DNA of 64,000 nucleotides, from positions 14,428-78,427 of the forward strand of contig JAACPR010000002.1 of assembly GCA_009995365.1 (NCBI GenBank). The letters run 5' to 3'. The notes below the pieces were generated by a model. That model made no database searches. It saw only the letters and a list, made by a program, of their open reading frames with translations, and had not been told where the DNA came from. Below are positions 20,818-30,613 of this stretch, piece by piece. Positions within the stretch are counted from its first letter, which is position 1. Every line of letters begins with the position of its first letter. A program made the position numbers and the translations under genes. This DNA is from Candidatus Parcubacteria bacterium. GTDB taxonomy: Bacteria > Patescibacteriota > Minisyncoccia > Phycocordibacterales > JAACPR01.

Positions 20818-22140
20818 ATGAAAAAAGCAACAGCGATAAAAATATTAATATTATTAATTTTAATAGCAGTAGGTGTAATAAGTTATTACTTCTTTTTCCA
20901 AAACAACCAAGAAAGTACCCGAGAGGTTGTATCACCAGAACAACCTAATAGTAATTTTTTTCCAGATTCAGAAAATTTTAACCAAGGAACAACCGACCAA
21001 CCACAAAATAACGACCAGCGCCCTAATAGAGATTCACAAGATATTACTACACTTAGACAAATTTCAGAAAATCCAACTGCTGGTTTTATAATTTTTGACG
21101 AAACATCAACAACAACTAATGAATTAGTAAACAACACAGGCGATGGAGATGAAGAGGTGGTAATAGAGGAGGTTGTCGACAGTAAGACAGTTTACAGATT
21201 TGTTAATAAATCTAATGGAAATATTTTTGAAACAGATTCTAAAACAAGCTCTATAAATAGAATAACTAATAAAACCATCCCAAAGATTCAAGATTCTATT
21301 TTTTCTAAAGACGGTAATAATGTTATTTTTAGATATTTAGATAATTCAAACAGAATCGAATCTGTTTTTTTGAAATTAATGGACAACAAATCATCAACTA
21401 CAACAGATGACACTAGCGAAAATACAAACAGTTTTAAAGAATTAGAGACTAATTTTCTTCCTAAAAACATAACTAATTTAGATATTAACAATGAAGATGT
21501 TTTGTATACACTTGAAACAAACAATGGATTAAATGGTTTTGTTTTTAATGTTGATTCTATTTTAGATCAAACCCTTTCTTTTGGTTCAAAATTATCACAA
21601 GTTGACGTAAAATGGTTAAATGAAAACTCTGTATTAATCGGAACAAAACCATCTAATAGTTCTAATGGTTTATTATTTCAATATAATTTAGAAACAAAAC
21701 AAACAAACAAAATTATAGAGTCCAGAATTGGATTTAATTTTCTACCAAATAAAAATTCTAACTTTATTGTATATTCCGAATTGAGTGGTGATTCAATAAA
21801 TTCATATTCTTACAATATTGAAACAAATGAGACTATTGATTTAAATTTAAACACCATTGTTAGTGATAAATGTGCATGGAGTAATGTAGAAGATACAATT
21901 ATTTATTGTGCAGTTCCAAACAATCAAATTGGTTTTGGCTACCCAAACACTTGGTATCAAGGACAAGTTTCTTTTAATGATTCTTTGTATCAGATTGATG
22001 TAGAATCAGATTTAAAGATCAAAATAGACGGCTTAGAAGGGGACTTTGATATTATTAACCCTCAAGTTTCAAACAATGATGAATATATAACCTTCGTCAA
22101 TAAAAAAGATTTAACTCTTTGGTCACTAGATATTAAATAA
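20818..22140 (+). CDS. Membrane-anchored beta-propeller-like protein
   Basis: N-terminal TM helix and repeated beta-rich blades (FSKDGNNV, KCAWS, IIYCAVP, NKKDLTLWSL). Confidence 0.7.
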   Translation: MKKATAIKILILLILIAVGVISYYFFFQNNQESTREVVSPEQPNSNFFPDSENFNQGTTDQPQNNDQRPNRDSQDITTLRQISENPTAGFIIFDETSTTTNELVNNTGDGDEEVVIEEVVDSKTVYRFVNKSNGNIFETDSKTSSINRITNKTIPKIQDSIFSKDGNNVIFRYLDNSNRIESVFLKLMDNKSSTTTDDTSENTNSFKELETNFLPKNITNLDINNEDVLYTLETNNGLNGFVFNVDSILDQTLSFGSKLSQVDVKWLNENSVLIGTKPSNSSNGLLFQYNLETKQTNKIIESRIGFNFLPNKNSNFIVYSELSGDSINSYSYNIETNETIDLNLNTIVSDKCAWSNVEDTIIYCAVPNNQIGFGYPNTWYQGQVSFNDSLYQIDVESDLKIKIDGLEGDFDIINPQVSNNDEYITFVNKKDLTLWSLDIK

Positions 22141-22155
22141 TAAAATATTTAAAAA

Positions 22156-22938
22156 TTAAACTGTTTTTTCTTCGACTTTTTCTGGTTTTATAACCTCTTC
22201 TTTTGAATTATTTGAATTATTCTTCTTGTTTTTAATAGTCTTTTTTAAGTAAGCTTCTTGGATTATTGAAAAGATATTACTTGTAACAAAATACAGGGCA
22301 ATAATTGCACCAAAACTATATGAAATGAAAAGCATTATTGTTGGTATTACATAAACCATTTTTGTTTGAACATCCCTCATCATATCTTCCATAGATCCCT
22401 TTTCTGGTTTTTTGTCGTCTTTGTGAGGCAAGAGTAGTTTTGCTTGGAAATACTGCGTTATAGAGGCTAATAAGGCCAAAATAACACTCTTTTCTGTTAA
22501 CTCTATTCCTAGAAATGATGTGTTTATCATTGTTGGTGAAGGAACAAAAGAATACAGTAATTCAGTATTAATAGCAGGTAAGCCAGCCTTCAAGAACATA
22601 TAATAAAAACCAAACAAAAGAGGAAGTTGTATGAACAAAAGAAGGAAACCAGAAAAAGGCTTAATATCGTTTTCTTTATATAATTCCATCATTTTTTGAG
22701 CCATAACTTGTGGTTCGTTTTTGTATTTTTTCTTTAATTCTTTTAAAGGCTCTTGAATATCCTTCATTTTGATTTGAGTCTTGATTTGGCTTTTTGATAA
22801 AGGAAAAATAACAAACCTGAAAACAATAGTTAAAATTATTACCGCAAGACCTAAATCACTAGTTATAAAATCAACCAAAAAAATTAGAGCGTTATAAAAT
22901 GGCTTTACTATTAAAGATATAAATATTGAACTGATCAT
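22156..22938 (-). CDS. yidC: Membrane protein insertase YidC (short form)
   Basis: GLAVIILTIVFR..IFPL, IQLPLLFGFY, ALYFVTSNIFSIIQ. Canonical position after rnpA. Confidence 0.93.
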   Translation of the reverse strand: MISSIFISLIVKPFYNALIFLVDFITSDLGLAVIILTIVFRFVIFPLSKSQIKTQIKMKDIQEPLKELKKKYKNEPQVMAQKMMELYKENDIKPFSGFLLLFIQLPLLFGFYYMFLKAGLPAINTELLYSFVPSPTMINTSFLGIELTEKSVILALLASITQYFQAKLLLPHKDDKKPEKGSMEDMMRDVQTKMVYVIPTIMLFISYSFGAIIALYFVTSNIFSIIQEAYLKKTIKNKKNNSNNSKEEVIKPEKVEEKTV

Positions 22939-22945
22939 AATGTTA

Positions 22946-23263
22946 TTAAATAATACACTTACTAATTAAATTATCAATCTCTTCTTTATTTTTATAAAAA
23001 TTTCTATTGTTTATAAAGAAAACAAAATCTAAATTATTAATATTTTCAACACTTTTAATCAAAGAAATTAATTTTCTTTTTAAAAAATGTCTTTTAACTG
23101 CATTTTTTTCTGTTTTTTTAGATATAACAACAGAAAAACGAGGGAAGGGTAGGTTGTTTTTAGAGGCTTTTAAAGCTAAATTACCAGATTTAAAAGAAAA
23201 ATCAGGATTTTTCATTATTTTCCCGATTTTTTCTCTATCAATTCTTTGTTTTTTTGAAAACAT
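22946..23263 (-). CDS. rnpA: Ribonuclease P protein component
   Basis: RFSVVISKK...AVKRHFLKRK motif, between rpmH and yidC. Confidence 0.88.
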   Translation of the reverse strand: MFSKKQRIDREKIGKIMKNPDFSFKSGNLALKASKNNLPFPRFSVVISKKTEKNAVKRHFLKRKLISLIKSVENINNLDFVFFINNRNFYKNKEEIDNLISKCII

Positions 23264-23397
23264 TAGACTGCTAGTTTTTTTCTACCTTTTCTTCTTCTAG
23301 ATTTTAACACATTTTTTCCAGCAGAAGATTCTGATCTTTTTCTAAAGCCGTGTGTTTTCAATCTTTTCCTTTTTTTAGGTTGGTATGTTGTTGACAT
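23263..23397 (-). CDS. rpmH: 50S ribosomal protein L34 (not in the ORF track)
   Basis: Manual translation [44 protein letters not shown], divergent from dnaA. Confidence 0.95.
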   Translation of the reverse strand: MSTTYQPKKRKRLKTHGFRKRSESSAGKNVLKSRRRKGRKKLAV

Positions 23398-23499
23398 ATT
23401 TTTTTTATTAACAAGTTATCAACAGATTTTTAACATAAAACTTATTTTTTATCAAGTTTTTTAATTTCTTATAAGGTATATAATGATTAGCACTTATTT

Positions 23500-24855
23500 A
23501 TGTCATCAGTTACTAACAATAAAAATATCTGGGAGGACGCTTTAGCTCAAATAGAGCAAGAAGTTTCAAAGGCAAACTTCAACACTTGGTTCAAAGATAC
23601 TTTTATAAACAAAGTGAGTGATGGAGTTGCTCAAATCGGAGTTCCTAATAGTTTTGTTAGGGATTGGCTTAATAATAAATTTCATAAAACAATCTTAAAA
23701 AATCTCAGAGAAGTTTCAGATGAAATAAGATCCATAGAAATAGTTGTCTCTAAAAATAATAATAAAAATGACATTATTATTAACAAAAAAGAAGAAAAAA
23801 ATAACAACGAATTACCTTTGGCTGATTTTTACATAAACAAAGATGATAATTTAAACCCAAGATATATATTTGAAACTTTTGTTATTGGTCCATTTAATGA
23901 ATTAGCTCACGCTGCCACACAAGCAATCATAAAACAACCAGGTGTTGTTTATAATCCACTATTTATTTATGGAAATACAGGACACGGAAAAACACATTTG
24001 ATCCAAGCGGCAGGGAACCAGATAAAAAAAATATCTCCAGATAAAAAAGTTTTCTATTTAACTTCTGAAAAATTCACTGTTGAATACATTAACGCAGTTC
24101 AACAAAACAAAGTTGGTTTATTCAAAGATAAGTATAGAAAATACGATGTTCTTATAATGGATGATATTCAATTTCTTTCAGGAAAAGAAAAAACTCAAGA
24201 AGAATTATTCCATTTGTTTAATACTTTATATGACAACAATAAACAAATTATATTTTCTTCTGATCAACACCCTAATTTCATACCAGGATTAGAAGACAGA
24301 TTAAAATCTAGATTTAACCAAGGTATGATTGTTGATATTACACAACCAGACCATGAATCTAGAATTGCAATAATAAAAACAAAATTAGTTAAAAATGGTA
24401 TAGAATTAAATGATGATGTTTATGATTTTCTGGCTAAATCTATAGAAGGTAATATTAGAGAATTAGAAGGTGTTGTAAATTCAATAGTTTGCCAAACTCA
24501 ACTAAAAAACAGAAAACTTTCAATAACAGAGATAAAAGAATTAATCAAAAACACATCAAAACCTAAAAAAATGATTTCTGTTAATGAGTTAATTAAAATA
24601 GTTTCAGACTTCTTTAATATTGAAACTGAAAATATCAAAGATAAAACAAGAAGGAAAGAGGTTGTCAGACCAAGACAAATAATAATGTATATTTTACGTG
24701 AAGATTTTAATGTTTCTTTTCCAACAATTGGGGAAAAATTAGGTGGTAGAGATCACACAACTGTAATTCATTCATGTGAAAAAATTAAAAAAGATCTAAA
24801 AATAGATAATTCTCTTTCCCAACAAATTAACCAAATTAGGTCGATGTTAACTTAA
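23500..24855 (+). CDS. dnaA: Chromosomal replication initiator DnaA
   Basis: LNPRYIFETFV, YNPLFIYGNTGHGKTHL, DDIQF, NIRELEG, GGRDHTTVIH. Confidence 0.98.
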   Translation: MSSVTNNKNIWEDALAQIEQEVSKANFNTWFKDTFINKVSDGVAQIGVPNSFVRDWLNNKFHKTILKNLREVSDEIRSIEIVVSKNNNKNDIIINKKEEKNNNELPLADFYINKDDNLNPRYIFETFVIGPFNELAHAATQAIIKQPGVVYNPLFIYGNTGHGKTHLIQAAGNQIKKISPDKKVFYLTSEKFTVEYINAVQQNKVGLFKDKYRKYDVLIMDDIQFLSGKEKTQEELFHLFNTLYDNNKQIIFSSDQHPNFIPGLEDRLKSRFNQGMIVDITQPDHESRIAIIKTKLVKNGIELNDDVYDFLAKSIEGNIRELEGVVNSIVCQTQLKNRKLSITEIKELIKNTSKPKKMISVNELIKIVSDFFNIETENIKDKTRRKEVVRPRQIIMYILREDFNVSFPTIGEKLGGRDHTTVIHSCEKIKKDLKIDNSLSQQINQIRSMLT

Positions 24856-25083
24856 CAACAGGTGGAAAAGTTGTTGGTAAGTATTTGGTTAAGTTGTTGG
24901 TAAGTTTGAATTAAAATTAATAGAAAGTTGATAAAAAAATTAAAAATAATCTTATACAGTTTCTACAAAATGTTTTCCACAGTTTTTTAAAAAAATTTTT
25001 GTAAAAACAACCCTAAAAACATAGTTATTATAAACTTATAAACATATCCACAGGACTAATAATAAAAATAAATAATATTTAAA
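24856..25083. other. Replication origin oriC (dnaA-dnaN intergenic)
   Basis: DnaA-box-like 9-mers: GGTGGAAAA 24861, TTTTCCACA 24973, tandem TTATAAACA/ATATCCACA 25036-25052. These are followed by TAA-type trinucleotide repeats in an AT-rich tract. Confidence 0.8.
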
Positions 25084-26187
25084 ATGAAATTAGAAATTAA
25101 CAAAGAAAGAATATTGAGGTCAATTCAAAAAGCGGAAAAGATCGCTAGTAAAAATGTAACACTTCCTGTTTTATCTTGTCTTTTATTTGAAGCTAAAGAT
25201 GGAGAGTTAAATATCAAGGCAACTAACTTAGATATTAGTATTGTTATAAGCAATAAAGCAAAAATTGAAAAAGATGGCATAGCTGCAATACCATCTCAAA
25301 CAATATCAAGTTATATTTCTAATCTACCAAAATCAGATACAAGTGTTAATTTTGAACTAAGAGATAATAATCTTTACATCAATACAAAATCAAGCGACAC
25401 AACAATCAAAACTCAATCAGTTGATGACTTCCCACAAATTAATAAAACTTCCTCTGATGGACAAACTAGAGTCAAATCAGAAGATTTTATTAAAGGACTT
25501 AACTCTGTTTGGTATAGCTCCTCAAACTCAAACATTAAACCAGAACTTTCAAGTGTTTATGTTTACCAAAACGAAGATTATTTATTCTTTGTTGCTACAG
25601 ACTCTTTTAGGTTGGCCGAGAAAAAAGTCAGGGTAAAAAATATTGATAATTTTAAAGATGTTCTAATACCTTTTAAAAATGTAACTGAAATAATTAGAGT
25701 TTTTGATGATGTTGAAGAAGAACTAACACTTGATTTGGTTGAGGATCAATTAATTATTAAATCAGAAGAGGTTTATTTATCATCTAGAATTGTTGATGGA
25801 ACTTTTCCGGATTACAAACAAATAATTCCAAAAGAATCTAAAACAAATGTAAATGTTTTAAAAGAAGATTTTATTCAATCACTTAAAATTTCAAATATTT
25901 TTTCTGGTAAATTTAATCAAGTTGTTTTCTCTATTCTTCCAGAGGATAGTATTTTTGAAATACAATCAACATCAAACGATTTAGGGGAAACAAAAAACGT
26001 AATAAAATCAAAACAATCAGGAGAAAACCTAAAGATTAGTTTTAATAGTAAATATATAAATGATTGTTTTAATTCAATAAAATCAGAATCAATATCTCTT
26101 GATTTTTGCGGATTAGATAAACCCATGATAATAAAAGCATCTAACGACGACAGTTTTACTTATCTTGTTATGCCTATGAATAAATAA
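25084..26187 (+). CDS. dnaN: DNA polymerase III beta clamp
   Basis: ATNLD, VATDSFRLAEK, SRIVDGTFPDYKQIIP, YLVMPM. Confidence 0.97.
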   Translation: MKLEINKERILRSIQKAEKIASKNVTLPVLSCLLFEAKDGELNIKATNLDISIVISNKAKIEKDGIAAIPSQTISSYISNLPKSDTSVNFELRDNNLYINTKSSDTTIKTQSVDDFPQINKTSSDGQTRVKSEDFIKGLNSVWYSSSNSNIKPELSSVYVYQNEDYLFFVATDSFRLAEKKVRVKNIDNFKDVLIPFKNVTEIIRVFDDVEEELTLDLVEDQLIIKSEEVYLSSRIVDGTFPDYKQIIPKESKTNVNVLKEDFIQSLKISNIFSGKFNQVVFSILPEDSIFEIQSTSNDLGETKNVIKSKQSGENLKISFNSKYINDCFNSIKSESISLDFCGLDKPMIIKASNDDSFTYLVMPMNK

Positions 26188-26197
26188 TATTTGTTTT

Positions 26198-26434
26198 ATG
26201 GAACAAATCAGTTTTTACTTAAAAAAATTTGAAACCTTAGAAATAAAAGGGGATAAATTAAAAGAAAAAATAATTAAATTAATATCAGAAATTTTAGATG
26301 TAGAAATAGATAAAAAAAATATCTTAATATTAAAAACAGGGGAGGTAAAAATAAAAGAAGTAGGATCTAAAAAAACAATAATTTTTCTAAATAAGAAAAA
26401 AATAGAGGATAAATTAAATAAGATTATTCTGTAA
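26198..26434 (+). CDS. Small basic protein, possibly a minimal DciA-like helicase loader
   Basis: 78 aa ORF directly after dnaN. The function is inferred from context only. Confidence 0.55.
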   Translation: MEQISFYLKKFETLEIKGDKLKEKIIKLISEILDVEIDKKNILILKTGEVKIKEVGSKKTIIFLNKKKIEDKLNKIIL

Positions 26435-28907
26435 TTTTTAATTCAATTTCTTTTCTATATTCATTATCTAATTCATCAACAACTTCAACAACTAAACTAT
26501 TAGTATTTTTTATATCATCAATATCACTAGGTATAAAACTAAACGAATTATTTTCAGTTTCTATTTCCCCAATTTTTTTATTGTTTAGAATAACCGAACT
26601 ATTTTTAATTTTATTTTCTAAAGCAACAACAATTACTAATATTTCATCTCTTAAATATTCAACATCTTCGTCTATGGTTATTATTTTTAGTTGATTTTCT
26701 TCTTCAAAATCAATATTTTCTATATCTTCAATTTCAAAATCATCACTTATGTTTTGTCTGTTAACCCAATTTCTAACAGGCTCTTCCCATAATTCATATT
26801 GAGAATCTTGATAAGGGTTACTAGGTGGTTCACCTAATGGATTACTCCTATCAACATAATGTAGGATGGAGTGTATACCATCAGTTCTTCCTGTTACTAC
26901 AACCCTTTTATCACCATTATTATTTTCTACAACCTCAGTTCTTTCTCCTTTCCAATAACCAGCGATTATAGGTTTAACATTTAAATCCTTCTCTTCGGGG
27001 TCATTAAAAAATTCTTTGTCTCTTTTAGATAAGGCAAATTGTAGAAATTCATTCCACATCGGTGCAACAATAAAACCAGCAACTTTTTTATCCATCGATC
27101 TATTATCGTTGTTACCAGCCCAAGCAACAGTAGTTAAGTTTGGTGTGTATCCTGTAATCCAAGCATCTTTATAATCGTTTGTGGTTCCTGTTTTTGCAGC
27201 TACATCTTGATCAGGGAAATACAAATATGAATCAGGTCCAAAAGCAGGTGTTCTAGCTTGGTTGTCTGTTAAAACATCATTAATATCTCTAGATACATTT
27301 ACATCTAAAACTCTTTCTGATCTAAAAATTTCTTCTTCTATATCAAACAAAATATTTCCTTTTGAATCTTCTATTTTAAGTATTGGAGTTTTTTGACTTT
27401 TAATACCTTCATTAGCAAAAACAGAATAAGCTGTTGCAATATCAATAGGTCTAACTTCACCACCACCAAGAACAAGAGTTAATCCATATTGATCAATATT
27501 TGTTAATGTTTCCAACCCCATCTTTTTTGCAAGCTCTAATGAATCTCTAATTCCTGCTAAATAAAGAGTTTTAACAGCAGGAATGTTTACAGATTGGGCA
27601 AGGGCATCTCTTAGACTTATTGGTCCTCTAAAAATATTATCGTAGTTTCCAGGCTTATAACAAGAACCTGAATTATAACCACAAGAAGTTGAAAATTCAG
27701 TTTCTAAATCAAAAACAACAGTATCAGGTCTATAACCTTTTGAAAAAGCATTAGCATAAACAATAGGTTTGAAAACTGAACCTGGTTGCCTCTCCGATGT
27801 TGTTATATTAAAGTTTCCGTCAATTTCTTTATCAAAATAATTTCTAGAACCAACCATAACTAAAATCTCACCATTCCTAGGATCCATCGATAGTATTGCT
27901 GTGTTTTCAGCGTCAAATTTTTCTGCATTTTCTAATGCATACTTTAAAGCTATCTCTTCAGCTTTTTCTTGGAGTTCCCAATCAAGTGATGTTGTTACTT
28001 TTAATCCTCCTTCTTCGATAATATCTCTACCGTACTCTTTCTCAATAATTTCTCTTACATACATAACAAAATGAGGAGCCTTTATACCGAATTCTTCTTG
28101 TTTTTGAAAAGAAACTTCTTCATTTTTTGCTTCATCTGCTTCATTTTGGGTTATAAAACCAGCGATAACCATTTGATCAAGAACAAAATTCTTACGATAC
28201 TCTAATCTGTCTGTATTGTTTCCGTATGGAGAATAAAACGATGGTGCCTGGGGAAGTGCAGCTAGATAAGCAGATTCGGCCAAATTAACATCTTTTGCTT
28301 CTTTCCCGAAAAACCTTAAAGATGCTTCTTGAATACCATAAACATTTCCACCATAAGGAACTTCGTTTAGATAAATTTGTAATATTTCATCTTTAGTTAG
28401 GATATTTTCAAGTCTTGGTGCAAGAACCCACTCTTTCAATTTTCTGGAAACTTTTTTGTCACTTGTTAAAAGAGCGTTTTTAATAACTTGTTGAGTGATA
28501 GTTGAACCACCTTGTCCATCAAGTAAATTACCAGACAATATGTTTTTTAATACCGCTCTCACGATAGCTAAAGGTTGTATACCGTTGTGAGAATAGAAAT
28601 TCTTATCTTCAACCGCGATTGTTGCTTGTCTTGCTAAAATTGAAATATCATCGAGCGGGACTACTGATCTTTTTATATCACCATGAACATCATATAAAAG
28701 TATTTCTCCTGTTCTGTCGAAAATTTTCGTTGATTGGCTGACCTTTCTTTCTTCAAAGTTTGCTAAATTGGGTAGATTGAAAGTTGTTGTCCATATAGCT
28801 AATCCACCAAATAGCAAGAAAAAAACCAAAAAAACTAAAAACATAGTTTTTTTAATTAAACCTAATCTTTTCTTGATGAATTTTTTGAAACCTTTTCTTT
28901 TTGTCAT
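26424..28907 (-). CDS. Class A penicillin-binding protein (PBP1A family)
   Basis: Transglycosylase motifs EDKNFYSHNG, GGSTITQQ, RKLKE. Transpeptidase motifs RQPGSVFK, SVN, KTGT. Confidence 0.95.
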   Translation of the reverse strand: MTKRKGFKKFIKKRLGLIKKTMFLVFLVFFLLFGGLAIWTTTFNLPNLANFEERKVSQSTKIFDRTGEILLYDVHGDIKRSVVPLDDISILARQATIAVEDKNFYSHNGIQPLAIVRAVLKNILSGNLLDGQGGSTITQQVIKNALLTSDKKVSRKLKEWVLAPRLENILTKDEILQIYLNEVPYGGNVYGIQEASLRFFGKEAKDVNLAESAYLAALPQAPSFYSPYGNNTDRLEYRKNFVLDQMVIAGFITQNEADEAKNEEVSFQKQEEFGIKAPHFVMYVREIIEKEYGRDIIEEGGLKVTTSLDWELQEKAEEIALKYALENAEKFDAENTAILSMDPRNGEILVMVGSRNYFDKEIDGNFNITTSERQPGSVFKPIVYANAFSKGYRPDTVVFDLETEFSTSCGYNSGSCYKPGNYDNIFRGPISLRDALAQSVNIPAVKTLYLAGIRDSLELAKKMGLETLTNIDQYGLTLVLGGGEVRPIDIATAYSVFANEGIKSQKTPILKIEDSKGNILFDIEEEIFRSERVLDVNVSRDINDVLTDNQARTPAFGPDSYLYFPDQDVAAKTGTTNDYKDAWITGYTPNLTTVAWAGNNDNRSMDKKVAGFIVAPMWNEFLQFALSKRDKEFFNDPEEKDLNVKPIIAGYWKGERTEVVENNNGDKRVVVTGRTDGIHSILHYVDRSNPLGEPPSNPYQDSQYELWEEPVRNWVNRQNISDDFEIEDIENIDFEEENQLKIITIDEDVEYLRDEILVIVVALENKIKNSSVILNNKKIGEIETENNSFSFIPSDIDDIKNTNSLVVEVVDELDNEYRKEIELKITE

Positions 28908-28990
28908 TTATGTTATTTAATACTCATTATAACTTTTTTTACAATTTTGTCTGTTTTGAGTTGTATATTAAAGAGTGCTAAAATTAACAT

Positions 28991-30199
28991 ATGTTTACGA
29001 AAAATAAAATAGATACTGATCCAGAGAAAATTAATAAAATCCTTACCAGAAACATAGAGGATATTTTTGTTTTAGAATCATTCAAAAAAAAGCTGGAATC
29101 AGGGAAACAACTTAGAATTAAATTAGGTTTTGACCCAACAGGGAGTAATATCCATATTGGTAGAGCAACTGTTTTAAGAAAACTCCGTGAATTTCAAGAT
29201 TTAGGGCATAAAATAGTTTTTATCGTTGGAGATTTCACAGCGCGTGTTGGAGATCCTTCAGATAAACTTGAAAAACGACCAATGCTTGATTCAAAGAAAA
29301 TCAAAGAAAATCTGCGTGACTATAAAAGACAAGTTGGAAAAATTATAGATTTATCTAAAACTGAATTTGTTTATAATAGTAAATGGCTTTCTAAATTGGA
29401 TTTTAATGAAATTGCAGAGCTTGCCGAATCTTTTACTGTTAGTCAGATGATTTCCCGTCGTAATTTTAAAGATCGTCTAGATAAAGGGCAAGAAGTTTCA
29501 TTGAGGGAGTTTCTTTACCCATTGATGCAGGGTTATGATTCTGTAATGGTTAATGCTGATATTGAAATTGGGGGCTTTGATCAACTCTTTAATCTAAAAG
29601 CGGGTAGAACTATTCAAAAATATTACAAAAAACCAGAACAAGATGTTTTGACTACTGTTATGTTAGAGGGGACTGATGGAAGAAAAATGTCTACTAGTTG
29701 GGGGAATGTTATTAATATTGTCGATGAGCCAAATGAGATGTTTGGAAAAGTTATGTCTTTGAATGATGAATTAATTGGAAAATATTTTAAAGTTTGCACG
29801 GACGTTGATGAGGGTGAAATAAAAGATATTGAATCAAAGATAAATTCAGGTGAACTAAACCCTCGTGATGCTAAAGTTAGATTGGCTAAAGAGCTTATTA
29901 AAATTTATCATTCAGAAGAAGATGCTAATAAGGCAGAAGAAAATTTTGAGAAAACTTTTAAAGAGGGTGGTGCTCCTGAAGATGTTTTGGAAGTTAAAGT
30001 TAATTCAGGATATAGATTAGATGAAACACTGATTGAAAACAAAATTATTTCATCTAAAAACGAATGGCGTCGATTAATAGAACAAAAAGGAATAACAGTT
30101 GTCGAGTCAGGAGAAAAAGTTACAGATTTAAATTATCTAATTAAAGAAACACAAACATTTAGAGTTGGGAAGAAGAGGTTTATAAAAAGTGTTGTCTAA
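28991..30199 (+). CDS. tyrS: Tyrosine--tRNA ligase
   Basis: GFDPTG..IHIGR (HIGH variant), YPLMQGYDS, GGFDQLFN, KMSTS, C-terminal S4-like domain ending VGKKRF. Confidence 0.96.
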   Translation: MFTKNKIDTDPEKINKILTRNIEDIFVLESFKKKLESGKQLRIKLGFDPTGSNIHIGRATVLRKLREFQDLGHKIVFIVGDFTARVGDPSDKLEKRPMLDSKKIKENLRDYKRQVGKIIDLSKTEFVYNSKWLSKLDFNEIAELAESFTVSQMISRRNFKDRLDKGQEVSLREFLYPLMQGYDSVMVNADIEIGGFDQLFNLKAGRTIQKYYKKPEQDVLTTVMLEGTDGRKMSTSWGNVINIVDEPNEMFGKVMSLNDELIGKYFKVCTDVDEGEIKDIESKINSGELNPRDAKVRLAKELIKIYHSEEDANKAEENFEKTFKEGGAPEDVLEVKVNSGYRLDETLIENKIISSKNEWRRLIEQKGITVVESGEKVTDLNYLIKETQTFRVGKKRFIKSVV

Positions 30200-30207
30200 A
30201 ACTTTAA

Positions 30208-30243
30208 AATAAAAAACTGCGATAATTATCGCAGTTTTTTATT
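30208..30243. terminator. Bidirectional intrinsic terminator (perfect 36-bp palindrome)
   Basis: AATAAAAAACTGCGATAA|TTATCGCAGTTTTTTATT between convergent ORFs. Confidence 0.85.
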
Positions 30244-30394
30244 AGAAGTCATCTACATCATCAAAGGAATCTTCTATAACCTCGTCGTCCTCTTCATCGT
30301 TTACTTCTATCTCACCGAATTCATCAATTTCATCTTCTTCTATTACATCTTCATCTAGAAGATCCTCTCCTAAAAAATTTTCTATTCCTTCCAT
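30242..30394 (-). CDS. 50-aa extremely acidic peptide (not in the ORF track)
   Basis: MEGIENFLGEDLLDEDVIEEDEIDEFGEIEVNDEEDDEVIEDSFDDVDDF: 27/50 D/E, no K/R. The stop codon runs into the bidirectional terminator. Confidence 0.7.
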   Translation of the reverse strand: MEGIENFLGEDLLDEDVIEEDEIDEFGEIEVNDEEDDEVIEDSFDDVDDF

Positions 30395-30560
30395 AATTTT
30401 TATATTTTAATAATATACTTTTATCAGAAAAAAAATATCTCTACAACACCTAAAATAAATTTAACTGTGGATATTTTCTGATAAGATAACAGAACTTTTT
30501 TAAAAGGCAATAGTGGATAAGTTTTTTATAAAATAAATAATAAAATATGTAGTATCAAGT

Positions 30561-30593
30561 AAAAAAGTCTCAACCAAAAATGGTGAGACTTTT
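30561..30593 (-). terminator. Intrinsic terminator of the 30614-30868 gene
   Basis: AAAAGTCTCA..CC / GG.TGAGACTTTT inverted repeat with T-run on the minus strand. Confidence 0.65.
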
Positions 30594-30613
30594 GAAATGT
30601 AGATTGCAAACAT

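Noticed and set aside
7654-22140. Integrative conjugative element
   Set aside because: No integrase, relaxase, coupling protein or att sites in the window. Promoter style matches the core genes.
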